The position numbers were made by a program, and so were the translations under genes. 64,000 nucleotides of DNA from assembly GCA_030324005.1 (NCBI GenBank), contig JARDVH010000149.1, positions 15,116,294 to 15,180,293 of the forward strand, written 5' to 3'. Below are positions 21,976-35,777 of the stretch, piece after piece; position 1 is the first letter of the stretch; every line of letters starts with the position of its first letter. This stretch comes from Negaprion brevirostris. Lineage: Eukaryota. The notes under the pieces were generated by a model that saw nothing but the letters and a program-made list of their open reading frames with translations, was not told the origin of the DNA and ran no database searches.

Positions 21976-24452
21976 AACACAATGTGAATCAATTGGGGAA
22001 GTTGAGAACACTTCCGCACTGGGCCAACCTCAGAATACTACGTCGATTCTGGTTACGATGACCATGGATGACATCCAAACCAAACCAAAGTCACCAGAGG
22101 TTGCAGTAAACACTAAAAAGCAGTAGCTTGAGGTTAGCTGACAACCACAGAGAATGTCAGCCTCCGGAACTTCTGGCCTATTGACTGTTAATGTTACACT
22201 GTATTGGTGTCCAGAATTTTTGATTTAAAGGGGGAAGGAATAGTGTTGTGTATTCATGTTATTTCGAGTGTTTGCTCACTAGCAGCTTTACAGTGGAACA
22301 GGGGCACTTTAAGAGACCGATCACGGGACATCACTCATGATGTCATTGACCATTTGTCTGGGCAAATGAGAGGTCTATCTTAGCAGCCAGTAGTGTTAAC
22401 ATCTTTTCAATAAAGCTCTTTATTTGTTTAAACCTTCGAGGTCTGCAACCTATCTTTTGAACCCACCCTANNNNNNNNNNNNNNNNNNNNNNNNNNNNNN
22501 NNNNNNNNNNNNNNNNNNNNNNNNNNNNNNNNNNNNNNNNNNNNNNNNNNNNNNNNNNNNNNNNNNNNNNACTGTTTCTAAAAAGCGAGCACAAGGGGTC
22601 CTCAGACCTGTGCCCGTATTTGTCAGTGGTCCATTAATTGTGAACAGATGATGCTGCCAGATGAATGCAGCAGAGGCAATGTTTTCAGGGTTGACTGTTA
22701 GCATTTTCAGACAGACCTCTGCAGCGCACATAGCACTTTAATGAATCACACTATTATAGTGCAGGTTATTTATACTACTCAATAAGTCTTGTCTGTAAGG
22801 TTCCCATATAGACTGTAGCCACAATAACTTGGCATAACCTACTGTGGCTTATGGATTGGTTATTCATCCATTTTACTTAGGATTTTATGAAGGAAAAATA
22901 TAAATAGGAAAAGTATATATATGCGCAGGCCATATTGAGCTGATATCTTGTCACCAAAGAAGTATCATCCGTTTTGAATATGTTTGCTAAGCTTTGTCGA
23001 GTTTTTAATTAGCTTTGGTGTGGTATTTATAGTTTGATTCATGTTGCTTTCTCCATGATTTGTAGATGTAACTCGCAAAATACATACATGCTGCTTTTGA
23101 GAGTAAAAACAACAGAAAATAAGTCATCATAAAAGACACAGTGCATTGCATGAAACTGCATTTACTTTTTAAGAAATTAATCCGTTTTAGTAGCATTAAT
23201 CCCAGCTGATTTATGTGCAGTCAGTATTCAGCAAGTCCCTTTTAGAATGGAAACGGCTTTGCTTGCGGTTGCTTAAAACAAAGCTTTCCAGTTAAATATT
23301 TCTAGAAAATAAACTAAGTTCAACCAGAAGTGGAAGAATTTGGATTTTAAATTAATTACTGTTGCTGGCTGTGCATAATTCATTTCATTTTGTTTATGCT
23401 TCTTGTGTCTTCATCGACCTCCAACTGTTCCTATATAATGTACGCAGTGGAGGCTGCTGGTTTAATTTTCTATAACCTGGGACACTTTCCACATTCCCCC
23501 ACCACCATCAGGTTTCAGACGAAAGATTGTAGTTAAGTTTTGCTTGATATACTGCTTCTGACATTAATAAATCTTGTTGGTTCAGTNNNNNNNNNNNNNN
23601 NNNNNNNNNNNNNNNNNNNNNNNNNNNNNNNNNGAGGAGAGACAACTTGGAGGGGGATGGGGGAGACAACTTTCCAAAGTGGCTGTCACAGTGTGTGATC
23701 TCACCCAAGCTATCACTCAATGGGACACTTGATGCCAACCATACATAATTACCAATGTTCTTGGGCAGGAGTGTGTTCAGTACATACAGGCTTATTGATA
23801 AAAATGGGCTAAAAGTGTTTGAATCCTGTAAAGACGCTTTTGCATTAAAAAAAACTGAAAGTTCTCAATTTTCCATCGTCAGTTTTGTTCTTCGGTCCCC
23901 GATATTCGTAGGTTTAACAGAGCCTAATCTTCATGCTGAAGGAGGATGGTATGATTGGCCTGACACATACATTGTGGTGGAGATGAACAGTGAACATATA
24001 TTTGGCAGACCTGAAGACCTTTTCTGGGAATTGAAAAGAAAGTCCTTTGATCAGAGATGAAAATGTGTGTCAGCAAGGATTTGTTGCTGCTAATTAGCTG
24101 GCAAATGTGGTTATTCCATTGCAGCCCCTTTTGAAGGGGTTATCTCAAAAAGGCAACAGAATTTTAATCCAGAAAAATTGTTATTTTATCATCTGTTAAT
24201 GGGAAGAGTTTGTAGACTCCCTTTAGTTAATGTTATTAAACAAAGTAATGCAGTGTTCTAGTTTAACCAGATAAACACGTTGGATTGTTTCTTATTCCAT
24301 ATTAATTTTGGTCAATAGTGTCTTTTCCTCCATACTCCAGATACTTTAAGCCTCAGAATGTGAGTGTGTATGTGATAAACTCCAGAATATGATTACACGT
24401 CTTTTGTTCTAAGCCTCAAATGTGAGATTCGAAATTTCAGCTATGTTATCCT

Positions 24453-24729
24453 GGCAGCACGGTGACACAGTGGTTAACACTGCTGCCTCACAGTGCTCGG
24501 GACCCAAGTGTGGATCTTGCACATCCTCTCGGTGACTGCGTGGGTTTCTTCCTAGCGCTCCGGTCTCCTCTCTCACTCCAAAGATGTGTGGATTAGGTTG
24601 ATTGGCCATAATAAATTGTCCCTTAGTATCAGGGGGACTAAGTGGAAAATTAGTGGGATTATGGGGACTGTAGTTAGTGTAGACTCAATGGGCCAAATGA
24701 CCTCCTTCTGCACTGTAGGGATCCTATGA
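24453..24729 (+). mobile_element. HE1-type V-SINE
   Basis: ggcagcacggtgacacagtggttaacactgctgcctcacag ... cctccttctgcactgtagggatcctatga. Confidence 0.9.
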
Positions 24730-26195
24730 CTAAAGTTTGGAGTTTCTTTGTCATGTTATGGCTCCTGTACTGATCTGAAGAATCAGCAAGGCACAGGAAA
24801 TGCTTTTCCCATAGTCCATGCTTCCTCTAAGGAATGATTTTGGGAATTATCAGTGAAAGAATGACCTTATATCTTGGATATAGCTTGTATTACCAGTTGC
24901 TGCTATAAAATGCTGGGATTTGGCCATTGCTTTTCACTGGGAATGGTACCTTCCCTTGTCCTGATTCGTGGCTTGAGATATCATTTAGTTTTGCTATTTA
25001 CAGATTTTAAGGCCTCAACACTGAACACTTATTTCACAAACACTAAAATGTTGATAAGTGAAAAATTCAGGATGATAAAAGATAGGGATTTATGGATTTT
25101 TATTGTAGCAATATCTTAATTTATATCTAGCATATGAAGATTAAACTAAGAATTAAACTAAACTGTGGGGCCTGTCGATTGAATCTAAACAGAAACTGAG
25201 TTTAAAACTGCAACATTTTAATTTAGTTGTGTTAATGAAGCAGTTATTTCAAGATGTTTTCCCCGCAACACCCAAGCAGTAGGGAGTTGTGAATAATTCA
25301 CAACAGAAAATGATAATTAACTAACTGTAGCCAACTCAGCCATGTGTAATTGACCTGGCCAATCCAAGCCCAGCCAGGCAAGTGTGGCTAACCTGACGTG
25401 TTATCTTCCTTAGGAACCTTCCATTGTTGCTATTATTAATTTAAAAGAACTCTGAAAGATGTTCCAAAACTATATTTTAAGCAGAGACTGCAATTAATCT
25501 GCTTTTCCAAAATAATTTTATTAAAGAGTTGCTGATCTCCGAATTTTCACCCTTGAGGTAACCTACCAGAATGGATGCATAACAAGGAGCAAGTTAGTTT
25601 TGACCATTACAGTCATGTCACTGAAGGACATTTAGTTATAATTACAGTTGGGTAGTTACAGCTCCTTACATTACGCAAAACACATTGTTAAAAGACTGTA
25701 TAATTTTACATTCTCTTCATTGTTTATTCAGTCGATTGGAGCTCTCATTTTCTGCTGACGTTTTCCGAAATCTAACTGACATCTTGTGAAATTTGATTCC
25801 CAAATTAATGAGGTTGTGTGTGACCAAGAGAGAAGAAAGTACCATTTGGACGAATGAAATGAACAAGCAGAGAGCATCAACACAATAGGATTTGGAAAGC
25901 ATCTGTTGTTAATTTATTTGTTCCTGGGATGTGAGGATTATTGGTATATTCTCCACACCTAATTGCTCTTGAACAGGTGGCGGTGAGCTACCTTCTAGAA
26001 TCGCTGAATGGGTGTGGTGAGGGCCCACCCACAGTGCAGTTAGGGAGGGTGTTCCAGAATTTCAACCCAGCAACAATGAAGAAGTGGTGATAAATCTTCA
26101 AGCGAGGGTGGTGGTGATCTTGGAGACAGTGGTGTTCTCATGCACCTGCTGTCATTGCCCTTCCACTCAGTGGAAATCATGAATTTTGTGGTGAT

Positions 26196-27321
26196 TGTTA
26201 CAAACACGGCAGATGTTAATTGCTGAGTAAATCAAATCCCCCACACTTGAATAAAACAAAAAGATCCACAAGTAAACACCTTCTAAGTAAAAACTCCCTT
26301 ATAAATGTTTAACTATATTAATCCTGTAATATTAGCCAAGGCAAAGCTTCTGTGCTTTAGTAAAGCTGTACCATACAACCTCTCAAACTCACTTCCAGCC
26401 TGCTGTGGAAATCCAAAGCATCTTTATAAACAAGACTGCTTTTTGCAGCCCCAGACTTTTCTGAAATGGCTGATGGCTGATTCAGACTGTACCTTCTCCC
26501 AGCCTGGAGCCATTTTCAGGAGATCTTCTACACATAGTCAAACACCTTGGTTCTCCAGAGTAACTTTGAAATACTGTCCCCACCCCTCTTTTCATCTTCG
26601 GTTCCATTGTTATCACAGCTCTTTCAGACTTAAATCTTTTCAAATATAATTCTTCTATTATTTCTATTTTGTCTCTGGGTGTCAATAAAATGTAATCTGT
26701 TTACCCATGGAATACCTGTGAGATGCTTGTCATCTCTGACTTTCCTTTTTGATTGTAAAGCAAACTCACAACAGCAAAATATATAGGTATAATCATTGAA
26801 TTCCTACACTGTAGAAGGAGGCCATTCAGCCCATCAAGTCTGCACCAACAACAATCCCACGCAGGCCATACTCCTAAACCCATCGCATTTACCCTACGTA
26901 GGCCCCTTGACACCAAGGGGCAATTTATCACGGCCAATCCACCTAATCTGCGCTTTGCTGGACTGTGGGAGGAAACTGGAGCATTGGAGAAAACCCACGC
27001 AGACATGAAAAGAATGTGCAGACTCCACACAGACAGTGACCCAAGCTAGGAATCAGATCTGGGTCCCTGGCACTGTGAGCTAACCACAGTGCCACCGTGC
27101 TACCCAATCCAAGCCATTTACTTTTACCTCAAACCCATCATAATATCTCATTACAAATGCACAAACCTAACACATTTGTCCTTTCATGTCTTAAGCCCCT
27201 CAGGCAACCTGTCTCTAGTAACCTTTCCCCAGCTTAATTAAATCCTTTATACACAGACACACAGCCTTCTTCACAGAATAGCACAACATTGCTCAAAAAT
27301 ATAAAAAGATCCATTTGTGCA
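26196..27321. mobile_element. Solo-LTR-like insertion (contains an HE1 SINE)
   Basis: TGTTACAAA...TTTGTGCA termini; 5-bp TSD GTGAT at 26191-26195 and 27322-27326. Confidence 0.7.
26789..27105 (-). mobile_element. HE1-type V-SINE
   Basis: cctacactgtagaaggaggccattcagcccatc ... ctaaccacagtgccaccgtgctaccc. Confidence 0.9.
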
Positions 27322-27706
27322 GTGATGTTGAAGGAGTCTTGGTGAGTTGCTGCTGTGTATTGTGTAGATGGTACACACTGTTGCCAGTGTGTACTGGTGA
27401 TAGAGAGGGCGATTGTTGAAGGTGGTGGATAGTGTGTGTACCAGTCAAGCAGGCTGGACGATCTCCATTTGTTCAGACAAATAGAGAGTATTCTGTCATG
27501 TTCCAGACTTGAGCTTTGTAAATGGTTCTGGGGAGCCAGGTGGTGAATTACTTGCCACAGAACACTAACTCTCCAACCTGCTTTTGTACTATTTATTGCA
27601 GTATTTAAATTCTCGGTCTAGTTCTAGTTTCTGCCCAATGGTAACACTCAGGATGTTGTTAATGGGGAATTCAGCCATGGGAATGTCATTGAATGTCAAG
27701 GAGAGG

Positions 27707-27956
27707 TGGTGTCGAAATTTGCTGATGACACCAAGATTGGTGGAACGGCAAATTGCGCGGAGGGTGTGGAGAGTCTGCAGAAGNNNNNNNNNNNNNNNNN
27801 NNNNNNNNNNNNNNNNNNNNNNNNNNNNNNNNNNNNNNNNNNNNNNNNNNNNNNNNNNNNNNNNNNNNNNNNNNNNNNNNNNNTTGAATGGCGGGGCAGG
27901 CTCGAAGGGCTAGATGGCCTACTCCTGCTCCTATTTCTTATGTTCTTATGTTCTTA
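27707..27956 (+). mobile_element. Young CR1 LINE, collapsed at a gap
   Basis: RT catalytic motif SKFADDTKIGG before the gap; CR1 tail after it. Confidence 0.9.
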
Positions 27957-27976
27957 AACTCTCTTGTCATAGACTG

Positions 27977-28850
27977 TGGCCATGATTCTCCCATCCCGCT
28001 GCACTAATTTTTTAGCGCAGCGGGCCGAGAGAATCACACGGTGGCCGATTGGCGGGGATTGCATGAGTGTTCTGTGCCCTGCTTGCGTCTCTCAGCACCG
28101 GATTTCCGAAGGCACCTGTTCTGTGCTAGATATTGGCGGGAGGCTGCACAGACTATTTAAATGGTCATTTCAACATTACTTGAATATGATTAGTGGGCCC
28201 GGGACTGAAGTCTCGGGGCACGCTAGTGTCTCCCACCCTGCCAAAATGTTTTTCTCCAGTGGGGCTTACAGTAGCTCCCCACTTTTGGAATACTAGTGGC
28301 CTGACCCTGCTGGAATGAAGCGGGGAGCAAATGGGGGCCCCCAGAGGGTTGGGAGGTGGAGAGGGTGCCCCTAGGCATTGGCACCTTGGCTGTGCCAGCC
28401 TGAGTTCCTGGCACTGCTCAAGGGGCAAAGTGCCCAGGGGGCACCATGGCACTGCCCATCATGCGCGGGACGGCAAGAGGGCAAAACGTTGGGGGTGGGG
28501 CCGGAGGTGGGCGGGGCCTCAGGGGCAATCTGTGGAGGTGGGGGAAGGAGGGAAGCCAACGGTCTGGGCGGGCTGGAGGGATGGTCGGGGCTGCGGGGGA
28601 ATGAGGTAGGGTAGTAGCAACCGGGCATGGAAGGGTGGAGAGCTGGCATGGTGGGGATTACTCAGCTGGCCAGCGATCGGGAGGCCAGCAGTGCGGGGCT
28701 ACTACGCATGCACCAATCCCAGCAGCGACAGGTTGGCACACGCGCAGTGGCCCGCTCAGTACACTGATTTCAGCCTATCCAGCAAATAGGCCCTGTCCCC
28801 TAAAATGTCATCTTAGTCACGCTGGTGGCCTCTGCACTGCACAGAGTGTN
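27977..28850. mobile_element. GC-rich non-autonomous DNA-transposon-like element
   Basis: Starts ggccatgattctccc; homologous to 15170-16092; CpG-rich. Confidence 0.6.
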
Positions 28851-29779
28851 NNNNNNNNNNNNNNNNNNNTGAGTGATACAGATGAGTAGAGGTTTATGAG
28901 AATGTAGCTCTGCATTGCAAAGTAACCCATCCTTAGGTACTAGATACATTCAAAGATATTGCTGCTAACATGGACAACTAAATTTTGTGTCAATGATCAG
29001 GTCTTATTGCACCGCAGAGTTGCCATATGTAATGTGTTGATTGTCTATCTTCAGTTTTAGTTAAAACCTTTTGTGTTTGGTTAATTTTTGATATTGCTTC
29101 CATGTAGAAATGCAAAAGAGAATACATTGTACTTGTTTTCAAGGCATATACTGTACCTCTGCCTCCAATAGCCTGTTGGAATGGCTATAAAAAAATCTGT
29201 GATTCCTACTCTGCTCAGCTTTTAGTGAAAATGAAATCTGTCTGATACTCACAGCAGGGCCTATGATATTCCTCAGATTCTCCTTAGTTACTGCAAAGAT
29301 GCAATGCCAATTTGCAAATGTGTTTTTCAGGCACAGTCATTAAAACGCCATCCAGCAATTGCATGAACAGCAGAATTTAGATTCGTAAATCTGCTTTTCC
29401 CACAATGTTTATTACTAAATTCTGAAGTAATTACTTTAATGTAACTTTTCTCTTTAAAGGTGAAACCAAGTTTCCTCCAGTCTCCATTCCCTGTTCAATA
29501 AGGTCCCCCTACCCAATTTAGATCTCTCCTAGGCTTGCTGACTATCAGGCAACCCAGCTGTTCCCAGTATTCTGCCAATTCCACTCTTCAGTCATCAACT
29601 AGATGTGGAGAGGTGTTGCATTTGATGTTTGCTCATCTATTCTGTGAAGACAAGTTGGCTGATATTCAAAACTTGCTCCGTGATGAGCATTTTTTAAAAT
29701 TCGCCCCCTTTAATTTTATTCCCTTTCTCCGCTACCTCACTTGTGATTCCAGACATTATGTGTTGGTCAACAATTCAAC

Positions 29780-30100
29780 TCTAAAGTGCCGCAACTTGTG
29801 CTGTAAAACATCCCAAGATGCTTAGCAAGTGGGTTCTGAAACAGAATGTTATACTGAGCCACATAAAGAGATTTAACTTGGTCAAAGAATTAGGCTTTGG
29901 GATTCTTCTTGAGGATAGAGAGATGGCGAAGTTTAGGAAAAAAATGCCAGAGTTTCGAACTATGGCAGCTTAAGATCCATTTCTAAAACTGGCGATGGAA
30001 TCAGAATTTAGATTAGGCATGGAGTGCATGGAGGGCTGTGAGGACTCAAGAAGATAGCAGAGTTGGGGGAGGTTCAAGGCTGTGGAGAGATGAACATTTT
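29780..30100 (-). mobile_element. L2-like LINE 3' end
   Basis: aaaacatcccaagatgctt...actgagccacataaagag...cttggtcaaaga pattern. Confidence 0.6.
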
Positions 30101-32095
30101 AAAACTGTTTTACAACTTGATTTTGTTTTCATCTGATGTTCAGCTCATGCTCATTTCAGCTGTGAAGTGATTAATTAATGATCAGGAGTGGGAACTGTCA
30201 CTTCATTTTTTTTCATTCATAAGATAAGCAGAATTTGCAAGGTCAGTTGTAGTTCATCTGCTGGCCCCATGACTGAGTTCAGTTTAACTCAGCACAATTA
30301 TAGACCAAACTGAGACCCTTTGTTTGCAAAGGTTGACCTTTTTGCATATTGCACTTTTACCATTTGGAATTTGGAAGGTTTTTGTGGCAGACCCTAGCAG
30401 TGTGCTCTGTCACTCACATTCATTCAATGCAGGACCAATAGCAGCAGAGCCATCAGAAGCAAAATCAGACACATCGGATGTAAGCACGCCCCTCATAAAA
30501 TATCAGTCAAGCATTCCTTGTCAGGAATACGTCAAAATCAAATTTCTCAAATCACTAAGCAAATACAAGAGACCATTCAACTCAGTTCAGCTCAGTCTTC
30601 TCGAAAGACCTGGACATTCTACTCCACCCCAATCCCATGGCATCCAACACAACCATCTCTCCAATAACATCAAGTGATCAAACCTCCAGGAATGTCTCCT
30701 CCAACCAGAGTTGGCCATTCCACTCCGTCAGTATGACCAACTAATGGGCTCTTATTCATTGTTTAGCACTTACTAACAGCTTCAGCACATGGAAAGAGGG
30801 AGTCCCAGGCAGCAGCCCAATGGACATTGTTTCCCCCCAGTTTGGTAGATCACCTACACGCACTTGCTTTACAACAGTGATTTGTTTGCGCAGGCTGCCG
30901 CAAGAGCAAATCCCAGTACCTGGAACACTCCTCCCTCAGTGGAAAAGAACCTCAAGATGGCAATGAACTTGGATACTCAACAAACAGAACATGAACTCAA
31001 ATCTTAACCTGGGCTCTGAAATTAGGCACAATCTAAACGAGGGTTGAGAAAAGGAGTGTGCCAAAGGATAAAGCTTATCTTTAGATATTTGGCTGCTCCA
31101 ATACAATGACCATTTTGAAAGTAAGGAAACCTAAATAAAAAGGCTACCTGATGCAAACCTCTTAAGTTTCCCTATATCCAGGTCTTCCTATCTACCTTTG
31201 TTCTTTTTGACATCAAAAGCCTGACTGGGTTTGTGAGGAATGCTGTAGAGACAGTGTTGATGAGACAAACCTAATGCTTGTTAAATCTGCTGGGTACTCC
31301 AGGCAGAGTCTGTGATATTCTGCAGATCCTAAAAAAAGTCAGTGTCAATTTGTGAAAGCATCTTTCAAGGGGAACCTTTAAAATTCCACCCTTCAAATGG
31401 TCTAACAGTATCTATTCACCTCTGAGGTTTTTGGCCTCAATTTGTTACACACTCTCCACAAAAATTATCAACACAACCAAATTTGTATACTTAATTCTCC
31501 AATTGAGTCCCACAGCAGTGTCATTTGATCATTTACCTGGTGCCATTAAGTGGGTTTGGAGCAGTTAAATCCTGCGAAGTGAAGAACTAACTCACGAAGT
31601 AACGTCAGATTGAATTAGGATTTCTGTGAAGTGCAGGTAAAAATGCTGAATTTACAAATAGTAGTGCTGCAGCCCACTTAATAATTAGTTTGCTGCAGAA
31701 TGTATACCTGTCAGGACAATAGAGTGTCTGTCAGCGCTGGTGAAGGAAGTTTGGAAACTTTTTGCACCCCAACACATATAATTAAACAATATCAACACAA
31801 AAGGCTTTTCCAAAAACATGTTTCTGTGAATATAATTCAATATCAAAAGCCAGTGATCACTAATTGAACCCATGCAGCATATGCGAATAACTGGATAGAA
31901 TATGACAACAGCAGCAGAAATGATGCATAGGATCCGGCCTTAATGCCAAGAGGCAATAAATATGTTTCCTTTTAATTTGAACAGCAGGTAAAATTTATAA
32001 TAATGTACATGTTCGCTGAGTCGTAGGAGGATCGTGTAGTTAAGTGGGAGCCCACCTTTGATGCAGGAGAACTGGATAGTGACCTTAGAATCTTT

Positions 32096-32783
32096 GGGTG
32101 GAATTCCCCCATTTTGAGACTAAGTGCCGTTGCGGGGGCAGGAACGTGGGATGTTTCCGGCAGCTGGCGGGAAATTACAACAAATCTGATCCTGACATTA
32201 GTTAAGAAACTGGGTGCTTCATGCCTTATTTGGTGGTGGAGCTGGTCGGGATGCCATCTAGACTGCGACTGTGTCCGGGTGCAATATTGAAAACACGTCC
32301 ACTATCATGACCCAGCATTGATAAGAGAAGGTGGACCTCCTGAGAATGAAGTTGGATCTCCAAGAACATGCTGAGGCTGGAAGATGCACCCCCTTCAGGA
32401 CACCAAATCTAGAAGGTCCACCTGCAGATGCACCCCTGACCCACTGCTGTGGTGTTCCAGGGTTGCGGTTGGCCTTCATCCCAAACTCGAGAGACAGTCT
32501 CAAGCATTGTTCAGATGAGTCAGGACATCTACACGCCATGTTGTTCCAAATGCTTTTCATTGAACATGTTTTCTCACCAGTATCGTGGAGAATCTGTTGT
32601 GGCGGGCAGGTTGGGGGGCAGNNNNNNNNNNNNNNNNNNNNNNNNNNNNNNNNNNNNNNNNNNNNNNNNNNNNNNNNNNNAATTCAATGCCAGTGTGTGA
32701 AACCGGTATTTGGCCCTCCTGCCATATTCTTCCACCATGCCTGCCATCAAACACGCCAGTGGGGACCTGGGAGAATTCTGCCC
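32096..32783. mobile_element. GGG...CCC MITE-like element with TIRs
   Basis: gggtggaattccccc / gggagaattctgccc, flanked by TT on both sides. Confidence 0.65.
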
Positions 32784-34154
32784 TTTTTGGACCACCTTGC
32801 ATTCTGTGAGACAGCATCCTGGAGCTCCGTTGGAGAGGGATTGGTGTCTTTGCACCAGTATCATGAGCAGACTAGTTTGCTGTTGTCCAAGAGGATTAAG
32901 TTGTGAGACAGGATACCGAGGACAAGTGTTTTTTGCTGGATATATGACTGGAACAGTTTAATGTGGAGGTGATGGAGGTATGTATAAAACTTCCAAGAGT
33001 TGAGGTGCTGCAGCTGAAGTACAGATGGGTAATGTTGAAAAGTGAAGTAAATATCTCTGAACATAGAATAAATATAGAATTTAAAGTTCAGCTCAAGATT
33101 GAGGCTGGGAATGCGGCTAGGGAGGTTGATAGAATCAGCGGCAAAGCATTGTTTCTTGTGGCAGCCTGAACCAGAAACAGTTATACCTAACTGAGGAGCT
33201 GATGTTGAAAAAGCAAAGACTGAGAGCAGTGGTGAACAAATAGAGTTAGTTATCATCAACTACATGTGAAAACTGACATATACCTGTGGGCAGTGAAAGA
33301 CGAACAGGGATCCACTCTTCTGCAAACCCTGCATTCGGGTTAGAGTTAATGGTGACAAATGTGTCTCAGGTTCCTGACTTATCTTTGGCTGCTGCAAATC
33401 CTTTGATTTGAATGGTCTAACCCAGAGAAAGCCCTTTGGGGAATCTGACAACAAGTATAAGGTTCTGCAATTAGGCAATACATTATGGATTTTGTAAGCT
33501 GGGTAGTACGCCTTCAGTGGCTGCTTCTGGTTCCACCTTAGGATTCAATGTCCTCATGAACTTTGCCTCTGTCACCTGAGATATCTATGTTGATTGGACA
33601 GTTTTTGATAATGATGACTCATCTGTGGAGACAAAAGGAAAATTTTCCATTAATTTCCTTGGGCTAAATATTCATTTGAGATACAAGCGGAAAGCTGCAA
33701 GTATCGGAAAGGCACTGACAAAGATTTGCAGTTCAAGTCTGGCGGACACAAGTACGGATCGTGATAATGGCCTCACACCCGACTTTACCACGTTTTTGCA
33801 CCCGAAAACGGCTGTGAGGTAATAGTAAAATAGGGCCCATTGAGTTCCTACTGTGCAAAATGAGCTGAACATTGAGCAAGACGCCTAGGAATTAAAGATA
33901 TGGGAAGGGGTGAGGTCAGGATGGTAAATGACTGTAAAAGGATAGTTTAGGAAGAGTTTTGAAGGCTGGAAGATTTGTCAGGACAGTTAGCTTTCAGAAG
34001 TGAATTTCAGAGAGCAGAAGTATTTCAGTGGTTGATTTTGGACAAGCAATAACCTGGTCAGAGAAATTCAGAGTTTAGGTAGAAATGTATGGTTGCAGAA
34101 AATACATGAGGCCACAAAGGCATATGGAAATAAAGTAGGCATCATGGCCTGTCC

Positions 34155-34480
34155 TCTCCCTAAATCTGTAGCCTCCTACAGCTCTCCAAGATAAGTGTGC
34201 CCCACCAATTCTGGCCTCAGGAATACTCCGAATTTTAATTGCTTCAACATTGGCAGACTAGCTTTCAGCTGCATAGATCCTTGGCTCTGGAATTCTCTTC
34301 CTGAACCTCTTTGCCTTTCTAAAATTCTTTCCTTCTTTTAAGTTGCTCCTTCTTCTTTGACCAAGCTTTCGGTCACCTTTCCAAATATCTCCCTATGTGG
34401 CTGACTTGTCAAACTCTGTCTGATAACAGTTTTGTGAACCCCGGGGAATGTTTTACTGTGTTAAAAGTGCAATATCAGTG
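34155..34480 (+). mobile_element. L2-like LINE 3' end
   Basis: gctttcagctgc...ctctggaattctcttcctgaacctct...tctttgaccaagctttcggtcacc...gttaaaagtgcaatat. Confidence 0.65.
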
Positions 34481-35444
34481 CTGGTTTCAGGTATAAAGTT
34501 CAACTTGAACATGAACTGCATTGTGAAACAACTAAGCTGTTAATAATTTGGTTCACTGAAAAGCCAATCAAATGCTTAGATAAACTCAAATGATATACAG
34601 CTATTGTTTATTTTTCCATTTTGAATTCTTTACAATGGTTAACAAAGTAGAAAACGTATCGCTATCACCTAGCAATATAGAAATAGATGAGGCAGGGTAT
34701 GGAGGGGACAGGGTATAGAGAATACACGTTATTGTTATAGCATGTGTGCAATGCATAGTTTCATAAAATCTCTTGTGTGAGGAGATTGCATGTTATTCAT
34801 GGAAATCACACTTTAAATCTACTGCATGAAATTGTGATGGTGTTAATGTGATTCTGTTGGAAAATATATTTGGAAGTCTAGCAAGGGAACAAAGGGGGGA
34901 AAAATAAATTGCAAATGCTAGAAATTCAAGATGAAAAGGTGCAGGAATTTTACAGCAAGTCGGTTGACCTTCCTATGGCACTTCTGTCTAAAAATACTCT
35001 TGATTTCCATGATAGGCGCTGGTGCAGAAGCAAAACGTCGACACAGTTACCTTTGGGAAAACTTCACTTGACACTGAAGTTTGTTGAATTATATTTCGGG
35101 TGGCAGATATCAAGGCTAAACGTAGTGAACACAACTGCTTTTACCTGCAGCTCTAGTCGGGATTAAAAACTGATGATCAGTTAGTTCAAACCTTGCAGTG
35201 CATAAATACAAAAAAATGCATTAAATTGAAAGGAGCCTGTTATGATTTAGTTGACCAAGAATTCTTTATGAGATTGCTGCTCTCTCAAAATCTAGTGTTG
35301 GTTATTTGGCGAGGTTGTGTGACAATGTGTTTGGTTTTGGAAGTTGCTTTAACACTTACTGCGGTAACTTTATGAAAATAGGTTTCAGTTCAGGGGTTTT
35401 AACATTTTTGGGGCCGCTTAAGATGCAAAATGAGAAGTTGGTTC

Positions 35445-35777
35445 AAAGTTAAAGTTTATTTATTAGTCACAAGTAAGGCTTGCATTAACACTGCAATGAA
35501 GTTACTGTGAAAATCCCATAGTCATCACATTCCAGGACCTGTTCAGGTACACTGACGGAGAATTTAACATGGCCAGTGCATCCTAACCAGCAATAAAGTA
35601 AAAAGTAAAAGAATAACATGAGTAAAAGTAAATCTGTAAATAGGCAGTGACTGAACTTGTATAATTTGAAGAGGAACTGGTTTCAAATGTAAGGTTCAGC
35701 TTTGAACATGTAGAAAATGTTTAAGTTTAAAAATAGTTTATTAGTCACAAGTAGGCTTACATTAACACTGCAATGAA
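35445..35777 (-). mobile_element. Two type B SINE tail fragments (35445-35591; 35722 to gap)
   Basis: aagtttatttattagtcacaagtaaggcttgcattaacactgcaatgaagttactgtgaaaatccc. Confidence 0.8.

Larger units (their letters stand above)
19837..22470 (+). mobile_element. Internally deleted Gypsy/Ty3 LTR retrotransposon with both LTRs
   Basis: 5' LTR 19837-20050 (ends ...taca); PBS-like tggtgacgagg at 20058; decayed integrase C-terminal peptide LARNYTTSE/WIPAI/VSYTVQT*DSVIW at ~21270-21369; PPT aaagggggaaggaa at 22227-22240; 3' LTR 22244-22470 runs into a gap. Confidence 0.85.
25915..27705 (-). mobile_element. LINE family D 3' portion split by the solo LTR
   Basis: Segments 25915-26195 and 27322-27705 join to give ...gtgatgttgaaggagtcttggtgagttgctgc, colinear with the copy at 52140. 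Confidence 0.7.

Noticed and set aside
21536-22126. 196-aa ORF and similar ORFs with QWLALLPHS / LDGLNGLLL motifs
   Set aside because: Read-through of HE1 SINE and CR1 tails; recurring peptides reflect repeat copies, not a protein family
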